From Bdellovibrionota bacterium FG-1 (lineage in GTDB: Bacteria > Bdellovibrionota > UBA1018): DNA of 64,000 bases. The stretch is from assembly GCA_051382295.1 (NCBI GenBank), contig JBBCAW010000003.1, forward strand, positions 63,351 through 127,350, given 5' to 3'. Each line of letters begins with the position of its first letter. Position 1 is the first letter of the stretch. Under the pieces are notes generated by a model. That model had not been told where the DNA came from. It saw only the letters and a program-made list of their open reading frames with translations, and ran no database searches. This document shows positions 1 to 9,126 of this stretch, in pieces. Both the position numbers and the translations under genes were made by a program.

Positions 1-172
1 AGGGGCTCCCGGTAAAAGGTATCGGGGTCGTCCTTCCCCCTTTGCAGCACTTCCTATGCTGCAAGTGCCCTTTTGGGCACTCGGGCTTCTCGAACAATCC
101 TGTTCTCGAAGGGACTCCGCGCGAAGAGCGCATCCTGCGCGCGCGGATCCCCTCACTTTTACCGGGAGCCCC
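1..172 (-). repeat. Structured dispersed element, copy 1 (expanded, with extra internal hairpins)
   Basis: Closing inverted repeat GGGGCTCCCGGTAAAAG...CTTTTACCGGGAGCCCC around the core GGGGTCGTCC...GACTCCGCGCG..GCGCATCCTGCGCGCGCGGATCCCCTCA, which is shared with 21.5, 43.8 and 61.5 kb. Confidence 0.9.
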
Positions 173-312
173 CATGTGGGTTCGGGACCAAGAAGTCTTG
201 AATTGATGCGTCAAGTTTCTAGCGCCTTGTTCGGTTGCTTATCTTAATTTGGGTGGGGGTGGGGCGCTGGAACAGCGTCGATTGGGTGGGGTATCTAAAA
301 TAAATAGCCACT

Positions 313-672
313 TCAGGTGAAGAGTCTTCTTGCTCCCGCGAGAGCTTCGTACAATTTATCAGACGGCATTGCTCCCAATGGTGTGAGAGTCTGAAACTCC
401 CTTTCCGGGAGCGCGAACAGTTGATGCGTCTCTAAGATGCTGTCGTGATGAAGCCATGGGCAATCTCGCTTGGCCAGCGGAATGGAGTGGCCAAGGACCA
501 AGGAAACAGGCTTGCCATTCTGATGGTTGCGACTTCGAATGATTGCGACCATGACAAATAGATCATTCGCCGCACCTTGGGGTGGGGCCGACAAGACTAC
601 GCAGCGATGCGTGTTTTGCGAATGGGGCGGAAGAATCGTTTTCGGAAAGTAGACGTCCCCTCTGGTCGGCAT
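313..672 (-). CDS. PemK/MazF-like type II toxin (divergent)
   Basis: N-terminal RGDVY, HRCVVLS (cf. RPxLV(L/I)S), later Q-L-F-A-L segment; 119 aa; directly downstream of a small RHH-like gene. Confidence 0.6.
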   Translation of the reverse strand: MPTRGDVYFPKTILPPHSQNTHRCVVLSAPPQGAANDLFVMVAIIRSRNHQNGKPVSLVLGHSIPLAKRDCPWLHHDSILETHQLFALPEREFQTLTPLGAMPSDKLYEALAGARRLFT

Positions 673-678
673 CTGTTC

Positions 679-945
679 TTAAGCTCCGGCGGCTTTCTTG
701 AAAGCGTTGAGTGATTGCTTGGCCAAAGCGTCATGAACGTCTTTGTCTAACGGCTCAGCCTGTTTCAATCTTTCACCATACAGGGCCATCGCTCCAGCGC
801 GGAGTAGGTCGGCGGCAACTGCGGCCTCAACGCCTCCGTACTTGGGATCATATTTGACCAACCAAGAAAACAGGTCGCGGACTTCTTCGGGAACCATGAC
901 GTTGACTCGCTTGCTGGTGTCTGTCTTTAGCTTCCTGGCTTGCAT
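679..945 (-). CDS. Putative ribbon-helix-helix antitoxin
   Basis: KRVNVMVPEEVRDLF beta-helix pattern; start placed at the ATG at 945 with GAGG upstream; 6 bp before the toxin. Confidence 0.55.
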   Translation of the reverse strand: MQARKLKTDTSKRVNVMVPEEVRDLFSWLVKYDPKYGGVEAAVAADLLRAGAMALYGERLKQAEPLDKDVHDALAKQSLNAFKKAAGA

Positions 946-1132
946 AGGTGCCTCATGTATTACTGTATCGACATGTGAGTCTATTATCAACACATATTTT
1001 AACACTAAAAATAACACACAAAACTGAACACCCGCCATCTTGAAATCGCAATTTGCGATATCAAGTTCGGGATGGGGTGGTCGTCGAGTCCCGCCACTGG
1101 CTTTTACTGAACAAGGGGTCGCTATGCTTTGC

Positions 1133-1874
1133 TCATCCTGATCTGGGGGCCTCTAAACAGAAAAAATCGACGGTGTAGCAGTGGGCCCCTTCTTCTGGTG
1201 AAGCTTTCACAACTGCACGAACTTCTTCAATGGCCCTGACAAGGATGGATTTTACTTTGGTTTCGTCCCCCTTGGAGATGGTGACTGCCGAAGAATAATG
1301 AAGATCCTCAGGTTTTTGAGCTTCCAACGAGGTAATGGCGCGAACCCTCCAGTTGGTATGGTGCTTTGAAATCATCGGAGAGTCCTTACCCAAATGGATG
1401 CTGACTGAGCCCACCTCGTATTGGCCCTGTTTTTCAAGGGCCAGCCCGACTGAGGTCAAAAAAAGAAGAACGTCGGATACGGTTTTTATCGAAAGCCCAA
1501 AGTACTGGGCTAGCGCCTTCTTGGTCTGAAGCTGTTTCATCGAAAGTACAACATGAATGGCAGGGTAGTACCATGCGCTATAATAGACACCTTGGTCTTG
1601 TATGCTGAGCGTTCTCTTGAAATCAGGGCGATTTTTTAGATTAAGGTGACTTTCTATGGATTGGTCAATCTGGTCTTCGGTCAGTTGTCTCAAAGTGGGC
1701 GTGCCCGCTCGCGCGAGCTGAATGAGTTGTAAGAAAAAAATCACCTCCTCCCGATGGTGCCCGATAAATCGTGAAATCCTCTCTCCCTGTTCCAGACTGA
1801 GATGCGCATTCCCCTTGAGGACCTGCGTGATGTAAGTCGTATTACAGCCTGCCTCGGTTGCAAATTTGAATTTT
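1133..1874 (-). pseudogene. 5'-truncated TIGR02147/DUF4423-family HTH protein
   Basis: The frame stays open upstream of the called GTG (GCNTTYITQVLKGNAHLSLEQ, HTH) up to an in-frame TAA with no start codon; family motifs YYSAWYYPAIH and HHTNWR..A...DLHYS. Confidence 0.75.
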
Positions 1875-2045
1875 TATCCTAACAGCCCGGCGCGCGAGTT
1901 CCGAGTCCACATAGGCTGCGGTGATCTTATCTCGAGCGCTGGGTTTGAGCGGCAGACGGGAGAAAGGAAGGCTGAGGACCCCTTTTTCAGTACCGATATC
2001 GAGGGTCTTTTTCCTTTGATTGATCGATACGACTTGAAGTTTCAT
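1842..2045 (-). pseudogene. 3'-truncated antitoxin partner of the DUF4160 toxin
   Basis: ATGA-coupled to the DUF4160 gene; after VDSELARRA the sequence switches into TIGR02147-gene DNA read in another frame. Confidence 0.55.
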
Positions 2046-2236
2046 AATTTGCCTTCCTTTACCAGTTCTTCGATCAGCTTCAAGATGCGCTTGTTAACAG
2101 CACCGCTCATCAGCACTCCATCTTGCAGATTCCATTTGGCGATTTCCTTGCCGTCTCGAAAGACGTGGACATGCCGGGGATCGTGATCTCCCTTATAGGT
2201 GATGAAAACGTAACCGCCGCGCCTGATCTTGCCCAT
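2042..2236 (-). CDS. DUF4160-family small toxin-like protein
   Basis: GYVF.TY.GDHDPRHVHV motif, 64 aa. Confidence 0.8.
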   Translation of the reverse strand: MGKIRRGGYVFITYKGDHDPRHVHVFRDGKEIAKWNLQDGVLMSGAVNKRILKLIEELVKEGKL

Positions 2237-2245
2237 GTTTCCTGT

Positions 2246-2278
2246 TAGATATTACCTTATAAGGTAATATCTAGTCAA
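2246..2278 (-). promoter_or_regulatory. 28-bp perfect palindromic operator overlapping the promoter of the DUF4160 operon
   Basis: TAGATATTACCTTA|TAAGGTAATATCTA (2246-2273) abutting a minus-strand TTGACT. Confidence 0.75.
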
Positions 2279-2331
2279 GCGTCAGAAGTCGCATAAGCGT
2301 TGGTCATAAAAGCCTATGGCTGTGGTGTTTT

Positions 2332-2868
2332 CTATTCCCCAGAAAAAAGGGTTTCGATGGTATTCATGGGGAGATAGAGGGAGCTGGGTTGATCGAGGCG
2401 CGAAATAAAACCGTATTTTTTGTAAAATGCCTCGGCTCTTTCATTCTTTGCGTCCACCAAAATGAGCGCGCAGCCAATCTCAGTTTTCGCAAGCTGGGTT
2501 ATCCGTTGCAACCCGTGCAATAGTAGTGTTTCTCCGAGACCTTTTCCTTGGGCCTTGATGTCTACGGCAAGTCTGGCAATGAGAGCTGCGGGAATAGGAT
2601 ACTTAGGAAATTTACGACTCAGTTTTTCCGGAATTGAATCGTGCCGAAGTTGCGCCATCGATAACGTATAGAAACCTGCCACCTGGGTGGCACTGCCAGG
2701 AAAAGTTGCTACGAAGGTGCGACTTACGTTCACCCTCGCATTTCGGTTTGCCGACTCTTTCAGAAACTTATTCAGGGGATCGACTCCACAGTTAAAGCTA
2801 TCGCGGTCATGGTGATGTCCCAAAAGGGAGATATTCCACTTAAGCACAGGAACCTGGTCCTCATTCAT
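2332..2868 (-). CDS. GNAT acetyltransferase toxin (TacT/AtaT type)
   Basis: HDRDSFNCG..PLN.FLK, PAALIARLAVD...QGKGLG, LVDAKN..A..FY; ATGA overlap with the antitoxin. Confidence 0.9.
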   Translation of the reverse strand: MNEDQVPVLKWNISLLGHHHDRDSFNCGVDPLNKFLKESANRNARVNVSRTFVATFPGSATQVAGFYTLSMAQLRHDSIPEKLSRKFPKYPIPAALIARLAVDIKAQGKGLGETLLLHGLQRITQLAKTEIGCALILVDAKNERAEAFYKKYGFISRLDQPSSLYLPMNTIETLFSGE

Positions 2869-3152
2869 CTGCTGTAATTTTTTTGAAACCGCGCAGCAGC
2901 GGCCTTTAAACGGGCGTTCGGTTTTGGCGGCTGATCGAGCGTTCCGATCATTGCGTTCCATGCTTGAACGGATACCTGAATTTGCTCTCGTTCAATGAGA
3001 ATGTTCTTTGCCATCTCATAGGCGTTTGAGGCCACGAAATCGCTCATGGTGATTCCGATGAGGTCGGCTGCACGCTGAATGGTCTTCTTGACCTCGGGGG
3101 TGGTTCTGAAGTCGATGCGTGTTTCAATTTTTTTTGCAGTTGTTCGGCTCAT
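2865..3152 (-). CDS. DUF1778 (TacA-like) antitoxin
   Basis: RIDFRTT..VK..IQRAA...G.TMSDFV ... LD.PPKPN.RL.AA. Confidence 0.9.
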   Translation of the reverse strand: MSRTTAKKIETRIDFRTTPEVKKTIQRAADLIGITMSDFVASNAYEMAKNILIEREQIQVSVQAWNAMIGTLDQPPKPNARLKAAAARFQKNYSR

Positions 3153-3249
3153 AGAACCCTTTCCTCTTAAGGCCTTCAATTGAGAATAGCATTTTGTACG
3201 GCAATCTGCCACACATTTAATTTTGCTCTGGATTCAGGTATTTACGCCC

Positions 3250-3933
3250 TCAAGCAGCCCTTCGAAAATGAGATGTCACAAATTCTTCAGTAATTTCATC
3301 TTCGATAGCACCCCAAGTGGGATGGGCTTGCAGAAAAACTTTGACCAACTGGGTGTCAAATTGACGGCCTGCAAAGGTCTTGAGTTCTTTATAGGCAATG
3401 TCCACATCGAGGCCCTTGCGATAGGGGCGGGTGGTGGTCATGGCATCGTAGGTATCGGCGATCAAAATGATTCGTGCCGTGAGGGGAATGCGCTCCCCTC
3501 GTATCCCGTTGGGATAACCCGCGCCGTCAATGCGCTCATGGTGGTGCCGGATTCCTGGGATTGTTGCTCGAAAAAAAGGAATGACCGACAAAGGATTGAC
3601 GATATCGGCGCTTTTGACTGGATGAGCCCGCATGATGGCTTCTTCTGCTTCCGTAAGCCGTCCTGGTTTAAAAAGAACCGAATCAGGAATGCCGAGCTTT
3701 CCTAAGTCGTGGAACATGCTGGAGTACTCGATAACTTTTTGCTCTCTCTCGGAGAGTCCCGCCGCCGCCGCAAGTCTTTGGGAGTTGCGGGCCACTCGTC
3801 GGCAGTGCCCATAAGTATAGGGATCGCGCTCTTTTAGGGCTTGAAGAAGCGATTGAGCGACCGCAATAGCCCAATCCGGGATTTCGATTTGGGCAGAAGG
3901 GGGCGACGCAAGAGTGAGCTTAGGCTTAGCCAT
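3250..3933 (-). CDS. Stand-alone HD-GYP cyclic dinucleotide phosphodiesterase
   Basis: DPYT.GH..RV, HDLGK, HHERIDGAGYP, AD.YDAMT..RPY. Confidence 0.92.
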   Translation of the reverse strand: MAKPKLTLASPPSAQIEIPDWAIAVAQSLLQALKERDPYTYGHCRRVARNSQRLAAAAGLSEREQKVIEYSSMFHDLGKLGIPDSVLFKPGRLTEAEEAIMRAHPVKSADIVNPLSVIPFFRATIPGIRHHHERIDGAGYPNGIRGERIPLTARIILIADTYDAMTTTRPYRKGLDVDIAYKELKTFAGRQFDTQLVKVFLQAHPTWGAIEDEITEEFVTSHFRRAA

Positions 3934-3942
3934 CTTTTGGTC

Positions 3943-3969
3943 TTTTCGGATGTTTTTATCCAGACTTGA
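3943..3969 (-). promoter_or_regulatory. Sigma28 (FliA)-type promoter of the HD-GYP gene
   Basis: TCAAG-N14-TCCGAAAA about 10 nt before the ATG. Confidence 0.55.
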
Positions 3970-4028
3970 GAAAACACTACGCTTGAGTCTTGGCTTGAGA
4001 AAATCATGAGGGTTGCCGATAGGAACTC

Positions 4029-5120
4029 ATGATCATGGATCGACGGCTCATCGCCGCGCTGACGCTGCTCTGTTTAGTGAGTTTGCCGGCTTGGGCCAGG
4101 CAGGATTCGCTTCCGGGTTCCCGCTATACTTCAGCTCGAGCGGCCGGTATGGCCGACGCCTTTTTACCTTTGGGCGATGATGGACCTTCCGCGCTTTTTT
4201 ATAATCCCGCAGCGGTTGGAAAAATTCGAGCTACGCAAGGCTCAATGAGTATCGGGTTTAATGCCAACGGCGGATTTGTGGATCATATGGGCACGAATTC
4301 GTATAAAAGTTATAGTTTGAGTTCTTCTTTTCCTACGCTTCAGGCCAACCCCAATGCCCCACAAGGGCTGGGTTTTTCGCTTCTTCCAAGTTTTTTTGGA
4401 AAAGGTTTTGCCATTGGTCTCTTGACCCAAACCGAGGTCTTTGCCTCGAGCGATGCGGCTGGAAACGTTCGATATCTGAGTTCCTTCCAGTTGATTCCCG
4501 CGGTGGCGTTTGGTGTGAGATTAGCGGGCGGTATCGTACGTATGGGATATAGCTTGCAGTGGGTTAATGAATCCGTCGGAGATATTTCTGCCCCTTCAGG
4601 CACAGATCCTCTCGGTTATAACCAGCTGCTTCCGCAGGGGTCTGGTTTATCCCATAATTTTGGTTTCGCGCTGACGTTGCCGATTGCCTATCTCCCTTCT
4701 GTCAATGCGGTAGCTCGCAACATTATGGGCACGACCTATTCGATGGCTTCCATTTTGCCCATGAGTCAAAATTCGCCCGGAGCCCCCGCGACTGAGGTGA
4801 TGACCCTAGATACCTCCTTCAGCATTCAACCCAAGGTTGATGCCGGCGTGAATATGAATTTAGTGGGCGAGTATCGCGATGCCACCAATACCTCACAAAT
4901 GGCTATTTTAGGCCATCTTGCACTGGGTGGTGAACTAATTTTCAGGGATTTTTTGTCGCTGCGAGGAGGGTATGGCAGCGGTTATCCGGCGGCGGGTTTC
5001 GGTTTTAAGGTCAAAAAGGGTCAATTGGCATTCAGCTGGTACAGCGTTGAGTTGGGGCAATCGTATCATGAGCTGCGTGATATTCGGTACATGTTGCAAT
5101 TTCAAGTGAGGGCATTCTGA
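4029..5120 (+). CDS. Outer-membrane beta-barrel protein (FadL/PorV/TraF-like)
   Basis: Signal peptide; SARAAGMADAF...D...ALFYNPA motif; C-terminal Phe. Confidence 0.65.
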   Translation: MIMDRRLIAALTLLCLVSLPAWARQDSLPGSRYTSARAAGMADAFLPLGDDGPSALFYNPAAVGKIRATQGSMSIGFNANGGFVDHMGTNSYKSYSLSSSFPTLQANPNAPQGLGFSLLPSFFGKGFAIGLLTQTEVFASSDAAGNVRYLSSFQLIPAVAFGVRLAGGIVRMGYSLQWVNESVGDISAPSGTDPLGYNQLLPQGSGLSHNFGFALTLPIAYLPSVNAVARNIMGTTYSMASILPMSQNSPGAPATEVMTLDTSFSIQPKVDAGVNMNLVGEYRDATNTSQMAILGHLALGGELIFRDFLSLRGGYGSGYPAAGFGFKVKKGQLAFSWYSVELGQSYHELRDIRYMLQFQVRAF

Positions 5121-5121
5121 A

Positions 5122-6324
5122 ATGGGAGCTGAGCAAAAGCCGTCGAAAAGTGCGGTACAAGATCTGGGTTTTCGCGTGTGTGTCCTATCACCGAGTGGTG
5201 CGCGCGCGAGTCAGTTGGCCGCTGAGTTGACTCAGGCGTTGGGTGGGTGCTTGGAGATTCCCATCGAAGCCCAAGCTGCGGGCTCTCGTGACTGGAAAAC
5301 CGGAACTCAAGGGTACGCACTGTTTATTGATTCTTCGTCTTTTCATGGACCGAGCGGTTTGGACTCTGCTCTTGGAGCGGTCAATCCTCAGTTGGATGGC
5401 GTCTATCTTATTGTGAATGAAGACGATCCCGTGCCGCCCTCTTGGGTGGATGGAAAAGTAGATGACGTTCTTGTTTACCCCTTTCGTTCTCTGGAAGTGC
5501 TTTCTAAACTTCGACATTACCAAACTCTGCTCGATTCGCGCGAGACGTTCGTGTTGGCGGACTCTTACGCGCGGCTGCTTGAGCGATTTGAGGGGGATCT
5601 AGAGTTAGCGCGAAAACTCCAGAAATCAAAGCTTCCGATTCGCTTTCCTCACGTGCGCGGCTTTGATGTCAATAGTCGTTATTTGGCTGGCGAGCGTCCT
5701 GGGGGCGATTATATCGACCTGGCTGAAGCTCGTGATGGACAACAGATCTCTTTGCTTTTGACCGACGCGTCGAGCTATCGACTTTCAAGCGCGGTATTGG
5801 AGGCCGTCACGAGTGTTCTTTCTGGTCTTACTATTCAGGAGTCTCGGTCTTGCGTGACGACTGCGCGGTTGTTTCGTGATGGCATTTTGGCTTCCCTCAG
5901 CGACAAGGATCAAGTTTCGATGTTCTATGGCTCCTTGGGGCGAAAAGATCTGTGCTTGCGGTATGTGAATTTAGGGGCTGGTCATGCTTTTTACGCACCG
6001 GCCGCAAAACCCTTTTATGAACTCGCGCACCATGGAAGCCCCATCGTGCGGGCGCAAAGTGTGCGAACTGAAAAAGAAGATGAAGTGATCCTTGAACCGC
6101 AAGGACGCTTAGCGCTGATATCAGATGGTTTTGTCGGAGCTTTGGGGGGGGCGCAGGCGGTATTAGGGGTTTTGAATCGTTTTCGCGGGGCTGAAGCCAA
6201 AGATTCCATAAATGAGTTGGTCTTTCGGGTCAAAGCGATCCTTTCGAATCCGGATGATCTTCCGGCACAGGATTGTACAGTCGCGGTCTTTGACGTGGAC
6301 GCAAAGCTACTCCGGCTCGCCTAG
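5122..6324 (+). CDS. SpoIIE/RsbU-like PP2C phosphatase with a degenerate receiver-like N-terminus
   Basis: DLELARKLQ, GGDY.D, YVN.G, SDG, DCT motifs. Confidence 0.75.
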   Translation: MGAEQKPSKSAVQDLGFRVCVLSPSGARASQLAAELTQALGGCLEIPIEAQAAGSRDWKTGTQGYALFIDSSSFHGPSGLDSALGAVNPQLDGVYLIVNEDDPVPPSWVDGKVDDVLVYPFRSLEVLSKLRHYQTLLDSRETFVLADSYARLLERFEGDLELARKLQKSKLPIRFPHVRGFDVNSRYLAGERPGGDYIDLAEARDGQQISLLLTDASSYRLSSAVLEAVTSVLSGLTIQESRSCVTTARLFRDGILASLSDKDQVSMFYGSLGRKDLCLRYVNLGAGHAFYAPAAKPFYELAHHGSPIVRAQSVRTEKEDEVILEPQGRLALISDGFVGALGGAQAVLGVLNRFRGAEAKDSINELVFRVKAILSNPDDLPAQDCTVAVFDVDAKLLRLA

Positions 6325-7154
6325 TCCGCTAGGCCGTTTTGGCGGGCCACAGATTCGATGAGTTCCTTGGCGTCTGGCGAACTTGGATTTTCATGAAGAG
6401 AATTAAAAATTTCTTCGCGCAATTTTGGGTCGGATTCGAGTCCAAAATAAGTTTCTAAAAGTTGTGCGGGATAGGAAGTCGTAAATACGGACTGCCCTGA
6501 AGCGTCTTGCGCGGGAGCACGATTGGCATTTTTACGAAGTTCGCCGCGGATTTCGCCCAAGATAATTTCCTTGGCGGGTTCCGTGTGCACGCCCTCCTTG
6601 TTGGCAAGGTGTGAAGTCAGATTGAGCAATTCATGGCGTTCATAGGACCAATCCGTAGGGATAGTGTTCAGTACATCTTGAATGGCCTGCAGACTCTCCG
6701 TTGGTTTCCTTTCCAAAAGTTCAAGTTGCTGGGCCGCAAAGGTCACATCGAGAGCGTCCTCGCGTGTTCCATGTTGATCTAAAATAAGGAGCTTTTTCAG
6801 GCTCTGTCCTTCGTTTGAGGATGGAAAGTAGGCATCGACTTGTCGTTCAAAGTCACCGAACCCGCGAGCCTCGGCGTGATCGGCCCACGTGGGGGTCGAA
6901 GGAAGCATGGGCGACGCAGGGGTGATTTTTGGGGCGGTGGCCGGTGTTTGAGCCAGTTGTTGAATCAGGGGAGCGCCCTCGGTTTCGAGATACCGGGCCA
7001 CCTCGCGAATCGTGGCTTGGTTCTGGGCTTCGACCCTGGGTGGGTCTCCAAAGCGCAGCCAAAAAAACACGATCAGGGTTCCGCCGAGTAGAAAACTCAG
7101 CAGCATAGCGGCGGGGCGGGGAGATGTCTGAGACTGAATCCGTGCAGATCGCAT
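6321..7154 (-). CDS. Hypothetical membrane-anchored protein
   Basis: Long ORF with one N-terminal hydrophobic segment; start uncertain. Confidence 0.6.
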   Translation of the reverse strand: MRSARIQSQTSPRPAAMLLSFLLGGTLIVFFWLRFGDPPRVEAQNQATIREVARYLETEGAPLIQQLAQTPATAPKITPASPMLPSTPTWADHAEARGFGDFERQVDAYFPSSNEGQSLKKLLILDQHGTREDALDVTFAAQQLELLERKPTESLQAIQDVLNTIPTDWSYERHELLNLTSHLANKEGVHTEPAKEIILGEIRGELRKNANRAPAQDASGQSVFTTSYPAQLLETYFGLESDPKLREEIFNSLHENPSSPDAKELIESVARQNGLAD

Positions 7155-7297
7155 GCGATGACTACATCGGAATAAGTTTGAATAAACTTGATGTAAATAT
7201 GTCCAATATGTATTAAAAATGCGTAAAAACAAGGAGTTATAAAAAGACTTTTATTGTCAGGTAATATCCCTTAGAATGAGCTCTCGGGGGAAAAATC

Positions 7298-8200
7298 ATG
7301 AGAAATTTAATCGTTGGTTTGAGTATTGGCTTGAGTCTTGGTTTGGCGGGGTGCCTCGGTAAACCTGACACGGTTCAGGCTCCGAATGCGGACACGGCAG
7401 CCGCTCAAGGTGCTTTGGCGATTTCGGCAGGGGAAGGTGGAGCCGCTGGTGCTCAGGGGGGTGGCGCTGGTGCCGCTGCGGGTGATGCGGTAGCCGTTGA
7501 GGGGAAGATCATCACTATTTCTGGATTTCATCCTCCTGGGGTCTCTGGAATCAATTTGGATTTAGTCGGCGCTAATCAAGCCTCAACGGTTTTGTTTAAC
7601 GCGTTGAGTTTGGCGAGCGCCCAAAAAAGGCTAGATCCCCAATTGGGTGATAAAACCGAAGTTCATTTGGTAGTGCTAAGAAGTTCAGCTAGCGCTGAAA
7701 TAACCCATGTTTTTAAGTTTTCGGATTTTAAATCACTGATGAATAGCCAATTACCATTGGGAGTGGCTTATGTTTCAGCGGAGGGTGAAGCAGTTCAGGT
7801 GGTAGGCCTCCCTGTGGGGTTACCTGTGATGCTAGGTGTACCCAATCTGAACGGTATTTCAGCATCGGTAACGAATAGTGGTGGGTTAGTGATTTTTGGT
7901 GGGATGAATCCACAAACTAAGGCTCCTCTGTCGGATTTGATGGTGTTTGATAAAAAAGGTGCAGCAATCAAACCTACTCCTATAGCGCTGAACATGGGAT
8001 CATCGGTCGTGGCGCTTTCGGTGATCCATTCGCAAAAACCGTGTCCCTTGATGGAGGGTTGGACGGTGGTACAAATAAAAGACAGAGTCGGGGGATTCAG
8101 TTACAAGGCTTATGATTTAAGCAGCCCAGTGGTGCCAACCAAAAATATTTCGGTGACTCTGTCTTTACTTAAGAGCGGAGGTATTTGTACCCATTTTTGA
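7298..8200 (+). CDS. Hypothetical lipoprotein (paralog A)
   Basis: Lipobox LAGC; Gly/Ala linker; LDPQLGDKT motif shared with the next gene. Confidence 0.75.
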   Translation: MRNLIVGLSIGLSLGLAGCLGKPDTVQAPNADTAAAQGALAISAGEGGAAGAQGGGAGAAAGDAVAVEGKIITISGFHPPGVSGINLDLVGANQASTVLFNALSLASAQKRLDPQLGDKTEVHLVVLRSSASAEITHVFKFSDFKSLMNSQLPLGVAYVSAEGEAVQVVGLPVGLPVMLGVPNLNGISASVTNSGGLVIFGGMNPQTKAPLSDLMVFDKKGAAIKPTPIALNMGSSVVALSVIHSQKPCPLMEGWTVVQIKDRVGGFSYKAYDLSSPVVPTKNISVTLSLLKSGGICTHF

Positions 8201-8242
8201 CTGCTTTAATAGGGTGAGTGTAACTTTTCCGGGGGGAAAATC

Positions 8243-9124
8243 ATGAAAAATCTAATCGTTGGTATGGGTATTGGCTTGAGTTTTGTTTTGGCGGGTTGTT
8301 CGGGCAAGTCTAGCACAGTCGAGGCTCCTCATGCGGATCCGGCGGCGGTGCAAGTTGAAATGAAGATCGGTGGGGGAGGTGAAGCGGGCAGCGCTTCTGA
8401 CGCCGCTGCCAGAAAAGTCACGGCGTTTCATGCATGGACTGTGCCTTCGATGAATGAAAAAATTCTCAACCCTCACCAGTCTTCTATCATTTTCTTTGAT
8501 CTTGCCGTTGTAAAATCAGTCAAGTTGGATCCGCAGTTAGGTGACAAGACGCCCATTGATTTGGTTGCCGTTGAGTCGCTGGACGGTTATCCCGCAGTCA
8601 CTCATAGTTTTACGTACGCGGATTTTAAGCCTCTTTTTTCGAGCATGATGCCGGTCGGCGCGGCCTTTCTCACTGCGAGTGGGGCCAAAAAATTAATGGC
8701 CATAGATCGGTATTCAGGACAATACGGGAATATGGTGACCAATGCTGTTTTGGCGGCCGTTACCAACGATGACGGTTTGGTGGTTTATGGAGCTTTTGAT
8801 TCGCACAAGAAGGATGTAAAGTTTTCATTACTGGTTTACGATAGTGATGGTAAAAAGGTGGGGCAAGACATAGCCTTTTCGGGAACTGGCGGAAGCGTGC
8901 AAGGTCTTGCGGTGATTCATATGGTTGGCCCATTGCCGCGGTATAATCTCAATGGCTGGGTGATTGTGCAACAGGCAGGATTACCGAATGCCAAGCCACA
9001 CGCACCATCTAATCCCGTCTTTCAAGCTATTAAACTCTATGGAGTTGGATTGCCGATGCTGCTTCCTTTGACGGCGACTCAAGTCGGCAATGGTACCCTT
9101 CCCACGGTTCCACAAGGCATTTAA
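8243..9124 (+). CDS. Hypothetical lipoprotein (paralog B)
   Basis: Lipobox LAGC; RBS and signal-peptide DNA nearly identical to the previous gene. Confidence 0.75.
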   Translation: MKNLIVGMGIGLSFVLAGCSGKSSTVEAPHADPAAVQVEMKIGGGGEAGSASDAAARKVTAFHAWTVPSMNEKILNPHQSSIIFFDLAVVKSVKLDPQLGDKTPIDLVAVESLDGYPAVTHSFTYADFKPLFSSMMPVGAAFLTASGAKKLMAIDRYSGQYGNMVTNAVLAAVTNDDGLVVYGAFDSHKKDVKFSLLVYDSDGKKVGQDIAFSGTGGSVQGLAVIHMVGPLPRYNLNGWVIVQQAGLPNAKPHAPSNPVFQAIKLYGVGLPMLLPLTATQVGNGTLPTVPQGI

Positions 9125-9126
9125 TC

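Noticed and set aside
56..247. 63-aa ORF
   Set aside because: Lies mostly within element copy 1; similar chance translations occur at other copies
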